A DNA stretch of 63,417 nucleotides from a virus (taxonomy: Duplodnaviria > Caudoviricetes), in IMG/VR virus record IMGVR_UViG_3300047552_000359, positions 1 to 63,417 of that record; one strand, 5' to 3'. Below are positions 36,639-47,289 of the stretch, one piece after another. The translations under genes and the position numbers were made by a program. Below the pieces are notes generated by a model. That model was given only the letters and a program-made list of their open reading frames with translations, was not told where the DNA came from and ran no database searches. Numbering within the stretch: the first letter of the stretch is position 1; every line of letters begins with the position of its first letter.

Positions 36639-39600
36639 TTAAGTTGTATAGTTCTTAGCTATCTTATTAGCTTGTGCTCTAAGTAATTTAATTCTAGCTT
36701 GTTTTTGATAGCCATCTAAATTAGGGTTAGCTTCTATTTTTCTTATCTGACTATTTATCTCAGTAAGTCTAGTCTTAACACTATTAGTCTTACTGTACTT
36801 AGATAATAATTCTTTATTCTCTGCTTTAAACTCTCTAGCTCTTTCTGGATTCTCCTCTGAAATATGCTTATGAGTTTTATAAGCCTCTTCTATTTCTTTT
36901 AGTTGGTCATAGAAGACTGTCCTAAAACTATTATTAGATGCAGGTAGTTCTTCTATAAGTCTCCTAGTAAGAGTAGCCATAGGGTCCCTTGCAGGCCTTT
37001 CGTTATCCCCTACTGCCTTTACAGGTAAATCACCTAACATCAATACCATAGAACCAAGCCAACCAAAATAACCTTGTACGAGGTAATCAGCTTGTGTAGG
37101 TGAGGGTGCTATAGGAATATAATCAGAAGCTTTACCTACAACATTAGCCATCCACGTAGTATTAATAGTACTTCTCTCAGAAGGCTTAAGAGCTTGCATA
37201 TGAGGATTCTCTATAGGCTTCCCAGTAAAGTAGTCTTTATTTCTAGCTACATTAAGTATAGGACGGAATGCTTGAGGTACAATATCTATGCCAAATGTAC
37301 TCTTAACCATAGAACCCATATTAGTAGCAAACTCTTTGCCAGTTGCTTGACCATTCATATACTCATACATTCTAACAGCAAGACTAGAAGGTAATCCCAA
37401 CTCAAAAGGCTTAGGTAATCTGTAAGCTGTATTACCCACCTTCCACCACCAGAATGAATCCTTATCCCAACCTTCTCTAGCTTTATAATCTTCATCATCT
37501 TCAAAAGCTAAAGTAAGAACTAAGGAAGCAAGTATAGTACCTGCTATAACTACTTGAAATCTCTTAGGGTCTTCTTTATACCCTCGTGACATTTTATCCA
37601 GACCTTGTATTCTAGCATTAAGGAATGGTATAACACTAGTGAGGAATCTAACTGCACCAGAAGTACCTCCCATAGAGAAGTCAAGAGTATCTCGTGCTGC
37701 ATAAGCAGCCTCTAAGTCAGTTGCACCCTTAGCCTTTAATTGCTTATAAAGTGCTGCCCTATTTATACCCTCAGACATATCGGATAACTTATTATACTTA
37801 TCTCTCCACTCAGTCCACATATCCTTCAGGAACTCACCTCTAGTTATGATAGTATTTCTTTTTACACCACTATTGATTAGCTCCTGTACTCGTTTAGAAG
37901 ATTTAGCTTCATAACCCTGACCAAAGCGAATAATACCACCAGAGGCAAGCAGGTCTACGTAATCCTGTGCATCTTTAGTAAATACATCCTTCTGCCCTTC
38001 TTTCATTATTCTAGTGCCTTGAGATAAGTTTCCAAATACATTCTTAGATATTGGATTTAATGCAACTACTGCTTGTGTATCCCTCATAAGGTTTTTAACC
38101 TTCATAATAGGGTCAGCAGTAACACCTAAAGTAAGATAATGTTTAAATTTCTCTAAAACCTGTACAGCCTTACCATTTAAACCTGTGTACGCTAATGCAG
38201 TGATTGCATCTAATACAGGCTCATTATCTACTCGCATATATTGTTTCTTACCGTCTTTATAAAAGAATACTCCTTTAGGGTCTTTACTAGATGTTCTGCT
38301 TATACCTAACTTAGGATTATTCAAAGCATTAGTAAATACAGTAGCTACTGCTGCATTCTTAGCTGAAGCATTAAGTAATGACGCCCAATTAGATAATACG
38401 TTAGCCATCATATCCTGATTAAGTGGGCTAGTACTTTCTCCAGAGAGCTTCTTAATAACCTTGAGGTCTACAAACCCACCTTTGGATATATTGTAACTCA
38501 TCTTACCATCTTCAATAGCACGGTAGAATGGTATGTACGTATACTTCTTCCAAGCCTCTGCACTCTCTTCTGTAATAATACCAGACTGCTTTGCTATATC
38601 TAATACACTGTTGTGTATCCTCCTGTATTCAGCTTCTACTTGACCATATATAATCTTTCTACTTGCTCCACTAGGAAGTTGGTCTTCATCTAATTTCTCA
38701 AGTGCATCTATTTCATCAGCAGATAACATAGCTTCTTTACCTACAGCCAATAATTCCTTAGCTCTCTTAGCTGCAATCCACATATGAAACCTATTAATTT
38801 CCCCCTCTAATTTCTTGAGGGTATCTTGGTAAGGCGTAGTAGTCCCTACTGTAGCCTTATATACTCCATCCTCAAACCTAAGATTACCTGTTCTAAACAG
38901 TGCCTCTAAGTGTCCTGAAGTATTGCCTGCAGCTAACCTAATCTGCATGTAAGCTTGCTTAGATATCTCCTGAATAGGGTGGAACTGGTCTACTAACTTC
39001 TGTCTCCAGTTACTTAATGCTTGTCCCTTAAGAGCAAGTAACTTCTCTTTGAATGTTACGTTATCTACTAAGCCACCTGCTTTACGCACTACGTCGAGTA
39101 TTTTCTCATCAACTCCTGCATATTCTCTCTTAAGATGTTTATCGCTAATCTTAGAGAACTTAGGACCAAACCTCTTAGCCTCAGCTTTAAGTGCAGGAGA
39201 TAAAACTAATGCATTAAGAGTATGTATTTTATCTGGTTTACCTACTGTGCGGATATCTTCTCCCGTCATTGCAGGTACTTCTACTTGAGTTACTTTACCA
39301 CCATATTCTTCTACTAATTTATTAAGATATTTAGGAAGACGATTAATCATTCTATCTATAATAGAAGTTACATCTTGGTTATGAGTAAAATATCGTAATT
39401 TAGAATTAGTTAACTCATACTCATCTTGATTCTTATCAACATAGAAAGAACGTTTACCCAAAGTAGCTTTAGTTAAGTTATCTCCTGCTGGAGATTTAAC
39501 ATCTAATGCACCCCAGTTCTCTACTTCAGCTACCTGCTTAGGAGTAGAGGGAAATGTGATAGTATCTATACCCTTCTCTTGAGCATATCGTATAATCTGA

Positions 39601-42600
39601 CGTATAGCATGCTGCATCCAATACTTACCTTCTATTGGAGGGGGTGCTATTTCCTTTCCCTTTGCTCGTAGTTTTTGTCTTATTTCTATAATTCTTAAGT
39701 CGTAATCTGAATCTAACTTCCATAAGCTTTTTAATACCTTATACTCCTGTTTATTAAATTTAATAGGTATTCCTTCTCGCTTAAGCATACTATTAGTATC
39801 ATCTACACTCGTATAACCAAATCCCTCTATTTTATCTTTTAATTCCCCTGCTGTTACTTTACCAGATAAATTAGCCCATTTTTTATAAAAACCATCTATA
39901 TTTTTATTATTTATTTCAATCTTATTCCCATATTCCAGTAATTTTGCTTCTAAATAAATCCTATCTTGTTCTGATAGACTTTCACTACTATTGCTTTTTA
40001 CATATTGCTTATCCCAATCAGATTGCATCTCATTTATGTGTAGGACCTTTTTACCATCTACAGTAGTTCTCTGGTCACCCCTGATGTGAATAGCATTACC
40101 AGTGCCAAAGTGAGTTGATGGTATACCACTATTAGGTGGGTACATGTTATTAGCTACTTCATCTAACCCTGTTAATTTCTTTTTATATTCTCCACTAGCA
40201 TCTACAAGAAGATTAAAAGGATATTCTCTACTACCTGAAAGAGCATAATACTCATAATCTATTTCTTTATTTCGTAAAGCTATATTTATTTCACTCATAC
40301 GTTTAGTAATTATATCTAAAAATTGAATGGCATCTTTTGCTTTATTTTCTGATAATTTATTTACTCCTATTAAATGTTCTCTAAGTAATTTATCTACTTT
40401 CTTTTTATCTTGTATTAGTTCTATATATTCTTGTGATAATGCTTGGTGTGTTTCTTTTGTTTGTTTTTCTTGTAATCTTTTACTTACTCTCTGTGACTCA
40501 AGAAGGCCATCCAACCAAGATTCAATAGAAGGAATAGCCCTCTTATTTTGAATTTGATTAGCTTGAAACACATTAAACAAATTACGAATCTTTTCAGCTA
40601 ATGCCTTAAAGAACCTATCAATAACTCCTTCAGGTTTAGACTGACGCTCACGAATATACTTAGCAATCTGCTGTGCTCTATATTCATGGAACAAAGCAGC
40701 CATTCTTTTATCTGCTAACTTAGTACTCTTAGTATCTATCTTACCCTTTGTAGTTAAATAGTCTGCCATATCCTCTTTGAAGTCTTCAAAAGTCTTACCA
40801 TCCCTAATATAAAACTCAGAAAGAGCAGAGACGTCCTTAGCAGTCATCTTATTAATCCAATTGGCAAAGGAATCCCTGATAGCATCCTTAGTTGTTTCAG
40901 ATGCATTATTATAATGGTCGTCTATAATAGCATGACCTATCTCATGAGTTAAGGTATTAACTAAGTGATTACTAGAGGCTACCTTAGTATCATTTAAAGC
41001 AATAATACGATTACCTAAACCATCCCCTATGATTATACCTGCATATTTACCATCAAGGTCTACTATCTCCTGAATAGATTCGTTCTGGTCTTTGAGAGAC
41101 GATAAGTTAATATCAGATTCTGTGGTTACAAATACCTTGCCAGTTAACCCAAAATCCTTCCATAATTGTTCGACAAAGCCTCGTATTTCTTTTCCAATAC
41201 TCTGACTAGCTCCTATGATTTTATCGCCGTCTAGGAAAGTATTATATTCTTTTGCTCCACTAGTAGAGCCCTTACCAAATAATCGCTCACCTGTATTTTC
41301 TGTATCTGCAATATTACTCTTCTTAATACTAATCACTGCTTCTTCTGCTTCTGCTAATCTAGTCTCTGCTTCATCTAAGGCCAACTGTGCTTGTCTTATC
41401 TTAGATTCATCATTACCATTTTCTGCCTTCTGTAATCTAACCTCAGCAGCACGTACTGCTCCTTTAGCAGAAATAACATCCAAATTAGCTTTTTGTTTAT
41501 CTACTGATGGGATAACTTCTACTTCTTTAGCTCTTTTAGCTTTAGCTTTAGGAGAAGCAGACTCTCCCTTCTTAATAGCCTCACGTTCCTTCTTTTCCTT
41601 AGCAGCAGCATCCTGCCTCTCTTTTATAATTTCTGCAGCTAATTCTTGTTTCTTACCTGTTTCTTCTTCTTTCTTTATATTTTCTTCTACTGCTTTATTA
41701 ATCTCAGCACCTAATTTTAAATCTCCCCCTTCTATTTGAGGGGTGATATCTGACTCAAAAAACACAGCAAATTTCTTGAGTTCAGGTATATTAGATTTAG
41801 CTATTTCCCTTTCTACTTGAAGAAGCCACTTACCTGCTTTCTCTTCTGTTAGGAATTTATCCAACTCTTTGTTTATATTATCTTCAAACTCCTGCATAGA
41901 CCAATTAGGGTCTATCCAACGAATAGCTCTATTTTCCCTAGACACACTATCCGTCTTATCATATGTAGCAGCAGGATTTGCTGGTTTTATCATAACTAAC
42001 CCAGTATACGTATCATCAAAGTAAATTTCACCGGGCTTCTTTGATTTACTAATAGCAGCACTTAGGTTATTTTTATGAGTTGTAATATCACCCTGTTGTA
42101 TGGCTGAAGTGGTCATTTTTTTCCAATTATTTATAGTCTTTTCTTTCATTGCTTGGGATAATTTACCAAATGTTTGCTCCCAAAGCTCTATAAACTTTAT
42201 TGGTGTATATTTATGGGCATCCATAAGTAATGTCTTGCCTGCGTCTATATCCTTTTTTGGCTTATTTTCTTGTTTAATTTTATCTTTCTTCTTGCCTTTA
42301 TCTTTAGGGACTACCAGAGTTGTAGTACCTAAATCAGATACTGTAGTAACTTTAGGAGTAGAAGTCTCTTTCTCACTCTTACTCATCTTTTCTGCTAATT
42401 GTCTTTTAAGTTCCTGATGTCTTTCAGGATTCTCCTTATAAAGACCTTTAGTAGTCCATTCTTTATATAAAGTAGGCTGATTCTCTTTAGCCCAAGCAGA
42501 TAGTACTTTGCCATCTATCTTATCTTCTTTTACTGGTTTACTAGGTTTTGCTACAGTAGGTGTTACAACAGGCTTTACTACTGGTGCGGTTTGCACTGGT

Positions 42601-44258
42601 GCTTCTACAACAGGAGCAGATACTTTACCCCCACGGAAGCCTTCCTCTAATTGTGCTCTAGTAGCCTTCTTTAATTCTGTAGATGTCTCTTTAGCCATCC
42701 ATATCTTGTACAACTCAGGCTGATTTACACTAGCCCACGCTGATAAAATCTTGCCTTCAATTTTACCTTCTTTAGGAGTAGCCTTCTCTTTAGCTATAGG
42801 AGTTTCTACCTTAACTTCAGGTTTTGCTTTAGGTACTTCTTTATTAGCTTTAATTGCTTCCTTCTGAGCATCTACTTGTGCTTTTTGCTCTGCTCTAATA
42901 GCTTCTGTAATTGTCTTCTGAGCTTCTAATTTAGCTTTAGGCGTAGGAATAATATTCCTAGCACTGTCATACATAATACTAGGATGCTGCTTAACATATA
43001 AATCCATAGCCTCAGTTTGAGGTACAGCTTCTCTAGGCACAAATATACGCCTAGGGGTTAATATTGAATTGGGGTCAGATAACCCTGCATCTATTAACTC
43101 ATGTGCATCTGCTTCCTGCTGTGCCTTAAATATAGAGTCTGCTTCCATCTCTTCTGGACTAAGAGACTCTTCTGCAGGCATAGCCTGTTTCTTCTTTTTA
43201 GACTTGCCTACTATAGGTTCTGTATTAATAGGAGAGTCTACAGGTACTTCTTCTGTAGTCTCTCCCTCAAGCACATCTACAGGATTCTTATTATCTTCTA
43301 TTACTGGCTTAGGTGTAGTTAAGGAATTTCCTATAGAAGATATAACTTTACCTGCTCCGCCAAGACCTAGGCCTGCAGCACCACCTGCAAAGAAGGATTC
43401 CTTCATCTCCTCTTGCATCTCAGGAGTGAAGTTACCACCACCTAACATACCACCAGATAGTGCGCCTACTGTATTAAGTATTGGATTCTTGCTTAAAGAT
43501 TCCCCTTCCTTAAATACAGGTTTACCTGCACCCCAAGCTTCCAAGGGAGACTGCACAGATTCAGTCATCGCTTCTGTGCCCATTACTGTAGCTAAGTCTC
43601 TACCTACTCCTAATACCTGCCTAGGAATGCTTTTCTTCACACCTTGCTCTAATACATCCGTAGCAGTTTGCTTGAAAAACTTACTCCCCATCTTACCTGC
43701 TAGATTACCTAGCCCAGTAGAACCTAATCCAACAACACTAGATAAAGATTCCGCAGCAGCGGCAGGGATAGCACCCTTCATAATCTGTGCTCTATTGCCA
43801 TCTACTGTGTCTGCTTCTGATGCTATAATACCAGTCTCTGTTGCTAAGGCAGGAGCAAATGCACCCACGCCACCAGCTACGATAGAGCCTAATTTACCTA
43901 ATTGTAGCGCAGGTGCTAATGCTCTACCACCAATAGCAGCAACTACTGGTCCTACAGCCAAAGGTATAGTTTTAAGGGCATTCTCTGCTATGTACTGTAC
44001 ACCACCCCCTACATTCTCTATATCAGAGAATCGCATGGATGGGTTTTGCTGTTCTAATTCAGCTTGCTTTTGCTTAGACCAATCAACAATACCTTTACCT
44101 AATTTCTCTTTACCTGTAAAGCGAGCCAAACCACCTGCTGCTTGTGTAGCTATAGCTCCGCCCTTCTTTAAACTATCAATTACAGAGAAGGTATTAGTAT
44201 TTTGAGTACCGCCTAGTGCGGCATCCATAGCTGCTATTTGCTGAGGAGTTAGTGCCAT
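36639..44258 (-). CDS. Giant internal virion/ejection protein of large-polyvalent-protein type
   Basis: 2539 aa; N-terminal Gly/Ala helices, HEIGH zincin-like motif, EMQSDW motif, C-terminal PFLNARIQG...RLPKPFE (LPD38-like). Confidence 0.75.
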   Translation of the reverse strand: MALTPQQIAAMDAALGGTQNTNTFSVIDSLKKGGAIATQAAGGLARFTGKEKLGKGIVDWSKQKQAELEQQNPSMRFSDIENVGGGVQYIAENALKTIPLAVGPVVAAIGGRALAPALQLGKLGSIVAGGVGAFAPALATETGIIASEADTVDGNRAQIMKGAIPAAAAESLSSVVGLGSTGLGNLAGKMGSKFFKQTATDVLEQGVKKSIPRQVLGVGRDLATVMGTEAMTESVQSPLEAWGAGKPVFKEGESLSKNPILNTVGALSGGMLGGGNFTPEMQEEMKESFFAGGAAGLGLGGAGKVISSIGNSLTTPKPVIEDNKNPVDVLEGETTEEVPVDSPINTEPIVGKSKKKKQAMPAEESLSPEEMEADSIFKAQQEADAHELIDAGLSDPNSILTPRRIFVPREAVPQTEAMDLYVKQHPSIMYDSARNIIPTPKAKLEAQKTITEAIRAEQKAQVDAQKEAIKANKEVPKAKPEVKVETPIAKEKATPKEGKIEGKILSAWASVNQPELYKIWMAKETSTELKKATRAQLEEGFRGGKVSAPVVEAPVQTAPVVKPVVTPTVAKPSKPVKEDKIDGKVLSAWAKENQPTLYKEWTTKGLYKENPERHQELKRQLAEKMSKSEKETSTPKVTTVSDLGTTTLVVPKDKGKKKDKIKQENKPKKDIDAGKTLLMDAHKYTPIKFIELWEQTFGKLSQAMKEKTINNWKKMTTSAIQQGDITTHKNNLSAAISKSKKPGEIYFDDTYTGLVMIKPANPAATYDKTDSVSRENRAIRWIDPNWSMQEFEDNINKELDKFLTEEKAGKWLLQVEREIAKSNIPELKKFAVFFESDITPQIEGGDLKLGAEINKAVEENIKKEEETGKKQELAAEIIKERQDAAAKEKKEREAIKKGESASPKAKAKRAKEVEVIPSVDKQKANLDVISAKGAVRAAEVRLQKAENGNDESKIRQAQLALDEAETRLAEAEEAVISIKKSNIADTENTGERLFGKGSTSGAKEYNTFLDGDKIIGASQSIGKEIRGFVEQLWKDFGLTGKVFVTTESDINLSSLKDQNESIQEIVDLDGKYAGIIIGDGLGNRIIALNDTKVASSNHLVNTLTHEIGHAIIDDHYNNASETTKDAIRDSFANWINKMTAKDVSALSEFYIRDGKTFEDFKEDMADYLTTKGKIDTKSTKLADKRMAALFHEYRAQQIAKYIRERQSKPEGVIDRFFKALAEKIRNLFNVFQANQIQNKRAIPSIESWLDGLLESQRVSKRLQEKQTKETHQALSQEYIELIQDKKKVDKLLREHLIGVNKLSENKAKDAIQFLDIITKRMSEINIALRNKEIDYEYYALSGSREYPFNLLVDASGEYKKKLTGLDEVANNMYPPNSGIPSTHFGTGNAIHIRGDQRTTVDGKKVLHINEMQSDWDKQYVKSNSSESLSEQDRIYLEAKLLEYGNKIEINNKNIDGFYKKWANLSGKVTAGELKDKIEGFGYTSVDDTNSMLKREGIPIKFNKQEYKVLKSLWKLDSDYDLRIIEIRQKLRAKGKEIAPPPIEGKYWMQHAIRQIIRYAQEKGIDTITFPSTPKQVAEVENWGALDVKSPAGDNLTKATLGKRSFYVDKNQDEYELTNSKLRYFTHNQDVTSIIDRMINRLPKYLNKLVEEYGGKVTQVEVPAMTGEDIRTVGKPDKIHTLNALVLSPALKAEAKRFGPKFSKISDKHLKREYAGVDEKILDVVRKAGGLVDNVTFKEKLLALKGQALSNWRQKLVDQFHPIQEISKQAYMQIRLAAGNTSGHLEALFRTGNLRFEDGVYKATVGTTTPYQDTLKKLEGEINRFHMWIAAKRAKELLAVGKEAMLSADEIDALEKLDEDQLPSGASRKIIYGQVEAEYRRIHNSVLDIAKQSGIITEESAEAWKKYTYIPFYRAIEDGKMSYNISKGGFVDLKVIKKLSGESTSPLNQDMMANVLSNWASLLNASAKNAAVATVFTNALNNPKLGISRTSSKDPKGVFFYKDGKKQYMRVDNEPVLDAITALAYTGLNGKAVQVLEKFKHYLTLGVTADPIMKVKNLMRDTQAVVALNPISKNVFGNLSQGTRIMKEGQKDVFTKDAQDYVDLLASGGIIRFGQGYEAKSSKRVQELINSGVKRNTIITRGEFLKDMWTEWRDKYNKLSDMSEGINRAALYKQLKAKGATDLEAAYAARDTLDFSMGGTSGAVRFLTSVIPFLNARIQGLDKMSRGYKEDPKRFQVVIAGTILASLVLTLAFEDDEDYKAREGWDKDSFWWWKVGNTAYRLPKPFELGLPSSLAVRMYEYMNGQATGKEFATNMGSMVKSTFGIDIVPQAFRPILNVARNKDYFTGKPIENPHMQALKPSERSTINTTWMANVVGKASDYIPIAPSPTQADYLVQGYFGWLGSMVLMLGDLPVKAVGDNERPARDPMATLTRRLIEELPASNNSFRTVFYDQLKEIEEAYKTHKHISEENPERAREFKAENKELLSKYSKTNSVKTRLTEINSQIRKIEANPNLDGYQKQARIKLLRAQANKIAKNYTT

Positions 44259-44259
44259 A

Positions 44260-45927
44260 TTACCTACCTTTTTTAGAAGCCATGTAGTCTGCTATCTGCT
44301 GTGGTGTATAATTCTGAGCAGCAAGTAATTGTTCTGGGGTGGCATTAGGTGGTGCATATACTTCTACTGCAGGTTTCCCTTTAACACCTTTACCTATAAA
44401 CTTGCCGGGTTTCTTCTCTTCTACAGCAGGTGATATCTCATATCTCTTATTACCTTTAAGTGCTTGTCTGTTAGCATTATATAAATCATACATAGCAGCA
44501 GTTGCTTTAGCAGGGTCTTCTGCATACATCTCTCCTAACTTAGGAGCTATAGCAGCCATGAACCTACTTTCCCGCTCTTGCTCTTTAGCTTCTTCTTTAG
44601 TTAATGCTGCTGCTGTCTTTGCCTTAGATTCTTCTATTTGAGCTTTCCTTAATTCTATTTCTGGTTGCGTTAAAGGAGAGCCCATAAGTTCTCTTAATTT
44701 ACCATCTGCTTGTAACATTTCACCTATCTGCTTCTTACGAAGTTCATCCCCTTGAGTATAAGCAGAATTGACTGTGGGTAATGCAGCAGTTGTAGCATTA
44801 GCATTTATGCTTGCTTTATTATCATAAGATTTAGCCAACCTATCTGCTAATCCTACCATTTGATTTGCAGCAGCAATAGCACCTAGTGGATTAGAACTAC
44901 CCATAGGCATAGTAGCTAATCTAGCATCTAACATCTCTTTATGTATGTTAGTAGATTTATCCAAATTACTATTCACACCTGCTAAGGCATCCCCATAGAA
45001 GTTCTTAACTGCTTCTAGTTGCTGAGGTTCGAACTGCTGAGTAGGAGTCTTTACTATACTAGGTAATGCTATAGGTACAGCCGCAGCTTCTGCTTTAGGT
45101 GGCATTGGGTACGTAGCTGGTAAATTTAAAGGTGTTATAGGTGGTACTACCATCTTATTTGGCTCAGGAGTAGGGACTATACTATTAGAAGACATAGAAG
45201 TATTAGTAATTTTAGGGGTATACATTCCTGTTCTAGGGTCTGTAAAACTAATAGCTCCCGTAGATATAGGAGCACCTATTTTATCAGTTTCTTTATTAAA
45301 AGTTCTAGTTTGTGTTGCTACTTGAGTAGGCCCTACCTGACCAGAAGATTCAGCTTGATTTGTAACAGCAGGTACAACTACACTTCCTACCATAGTAACT
45401 GGATGGGCAGCTAATGCCCCTAATCCCCTTGCAGTAAATCCAGCAGCACCCCTAAGAGTCGGAGACATTATCTTACCTGCCTCAGTAGATTTAGCTACAA
45501 TTTCAGGAACTCCTCTAGTAGCTACTTTAGTTTCTATACGCTTTGCTAACTCTAATGGACTTTTAGGCTCAAAAGAAAAAGCAGGTTTCTTTAATCTACT
45601 TGCCCTACTAGCCCTAGCATCTAAAGGCTCAGGCACTACTGGAGGCGTAGGTGGAGTAAGAGGGGGCATATTAGGAGGTAGATTAGGAATTTGAGTTCCA
45701 CCTAAACTACCCACATTAGCTGGCATAGAAGGCAAAACAGGTCTACTAGTATAACTAGTGACCCTAGGTGCAGAATAACTTGCTTTAGGTGTGGCAGTAG
45801 AGTGCTCTGCTATATTGATAGCTTGCTGCCCCGGAACTATACGAGGAGGCACCCCTTCAGGCGTGAAGTTTGTGTTAGGGTAACTATTACGTATTTGAAT
45901 TGGTGTTAATTTAGGTTGTTTTGCCAT
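44260..45927 (-). CDS. Probable internal virion/ejection protein
   Basis: Pro/Ala-rich, coiled-coil C-terminus, adjacent to the giant protein. Confidence 0.6.
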   Translation of the reverse strand: MAKQPKLTPIQIRNSYPNTNFTPEGVPPRIVPGQQAINIAEHSTATPKASYSAPRVTSYTSRPVLPSMPANVGSLGGTQIPNLPPNMPPLTPPTPPVVPEPLDARASRASRLKKPAFSFEPKSPLELAKRIETKVATRGVPEIVAKSTEAGKIMSPTLRGAAGFTARGLGALAAHPVTMVGSVVVPAVTNQAESSGQVGPTQVATQTRTFNKETDKIGAPISTGAISFTDPRTGMYTPKITNTSMSSNSIVPTPEPNKMVVPPITPLNLPATYPMPPKAEAAAVPIALPSIVKTPTQQFEPQQLEAVKNFYGDALAGVNSNLDKSTNIHKEMLDARLATMPMGSSNPLGAIAAANQMVGLADRLAKSYDNKASINANATTAALPTVNSAYTQGDELRKKQIGEMLQADGKLRELMGSPLTQPEIELRKAQIEESKAKTAAALTKEEAKEQERESRFMAAIAPKLGEMYAEDPAKATAAMYDLYNANRQALKGNKRYEISPAVEEKKPGKFIGKGVKGKPAVEVYAPPNATPEQLLAAQNYTPQQIADYMASKKGR

Positions 45928-45937
45928 ATATTACCTC

Positions 45938-46990
45938 TTAGCCTTTAGCTAGATTGATAGAGGAGTTACTTGTTGCTCCTGCGATATTAGCCGTATGATT
46001 AGCTATTTCTCTGAGGCATTGTAATCTCTGGCCTAATTTACTAGCAGCCATAGTAGCATCTGCTTGATATTTAGACATGTCTATATTATATTTACCTATA
46101 GCTTCTTTGATATCTATTTCACTTCTGGATTGCTTAAGCGTTTCATTAGTCTTATCTATGTCTGCAGAGGTCTTAACATAATTAAGTACTGCATCCATCT
46201 CTTTGATATATGCCTCAGCAGGAGCTAAGGCTACCTGAATCTCTGCTTTGTACTTCTCTAATATAGCATTAACTAATGTCTTATAAATCTCTACAGAGGC
46301 TGTACAGAATTTGTAAGTGAAGTCCATATGAGCTTGTTCTAAAGTAATCCCATTCTGAATAGCGAATTGATAATTCTGCCTTGCCCATTCAGTAAGAGTC
46401 TTAGATATGGTCCTAGATACTTGAGTCCTATCATATTGATATTTTACTTGAGCATCTAGCTTGAGTGCATTACCATAAGCATTCGTGTATGTAAAACCAC
46501 GAGCACCCGTCTTCGCATCTGCAAGGTCATATAAGTCATTTAATATTACTAAGTTACGTTCAAAGTCTTCATTGAAGATAGCATTCTGATACGTAATATC
46601 AGGAATACCCATTGAAGTAATGTAGTCTGATAAGGAGGATTTAATTTGTTCTGCGAAGGAATCTGACCACATTTGGTGGTCTTCCATTTGAGTATTATTA
46701 GTAGGAAATACAGGAGCCTGTATAGACTCTATTCTGGAAATCCACTCATCCACATTAGATAAGATAGCATCTAGGCCAATAGGCCCTGCATTGATTGATA
46801 TAAGTTTAGGTGCTCCGGGGTCAAACTCAAGAGTAGCTAGAGTCTGCATATCAGCAGGGTCTGCAGGACTATTATCAACATAACCCCCTGCACCTGCTGT
46901 CTTTAGTGTATAGAAAGCATCTTGAGCTATATCCCATATTTCTTTATAAGCAGCATCTTGGGCAGTAAAGCCTGTAGTATAATTAGACAT
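45938..46990 (-). CDS. Probable virion protein
   Basis: Helical 350-aa ORF in the structural operon. Confidence 0.6.
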   Translation of the reverse strand: MSNYTTGFTAQDAAYKEIWDIAQDAFYTLKTAGAGGYVDNSPADPADMQTLATLEFDPGAPKLISINAGPIGLDAILSNVDEWISRIESIQAPVFPTNNTQMEDHQMWSDSFAEQIKSSLSDYITSMGIPDITYQNAIFNEDFERNLVILNDLYDLADAKTGARGFTYTNAYGNALKLDAQVKYQYDRTQVSRTISKTLTEWARQNYQFAIQNGITLEQAHMDFTYKFCTASVEIYKTLVNAILEKYKAEIQVALAPAEAYIKEMDAVLNYVKTSADIDKTNETLKQSRSEIDIKEAIGKYNIDMSKYQADATMAASKLGQRLQCLREIANHTANIAGATSNSSINLAKG

Positions 46991-47251
46991 TTATCTCTCC
47001 TGAGTAGCTAAAAAGTATGATAAGCCATATACTATAAAGAAATTAGCATCATACATAAAAGCCCAAAATAAGCTTATCCAAAAACCAGTACACATTCTAC
47101 AATATATAAAAGGTTTAGCTGCGGGATGTAATTGTATTTTTACTTTATTGGTAAAGCCTACCCTAAAGGATTCTAGGATAGACGCAGAAGTAATTAAGTA
47201 GGTACAAACATAAGCCGCAAATACTGCTGATATTATCTCTAACATAATCAC
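46991..47251 (-). CDS. Small membrane protein (DUF1360-like)
   Basis: Hydrophobic; FIYCRMCTGFW. Confidence 0.6.
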   Translation of the reverse strand: MIMLEIISAVFAAYVCTYLITSASILESFRVGFTNKVKIQLHPAAKPFIYCRMCTGFWISLFWAFMYDANFFIVYGLSYFLATQER

Positions 47252-47289
47252 CTCTATATTAATATCGTATTTTTAATAAGAATCTTTAG

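Noticed and set aside
43069-44205. 378-aa + strand ORF (also 41215-41739)
   Set aside because: Antisense shadow of the giant virion gene; Ser/Pro/Ala-biased with no motifs.
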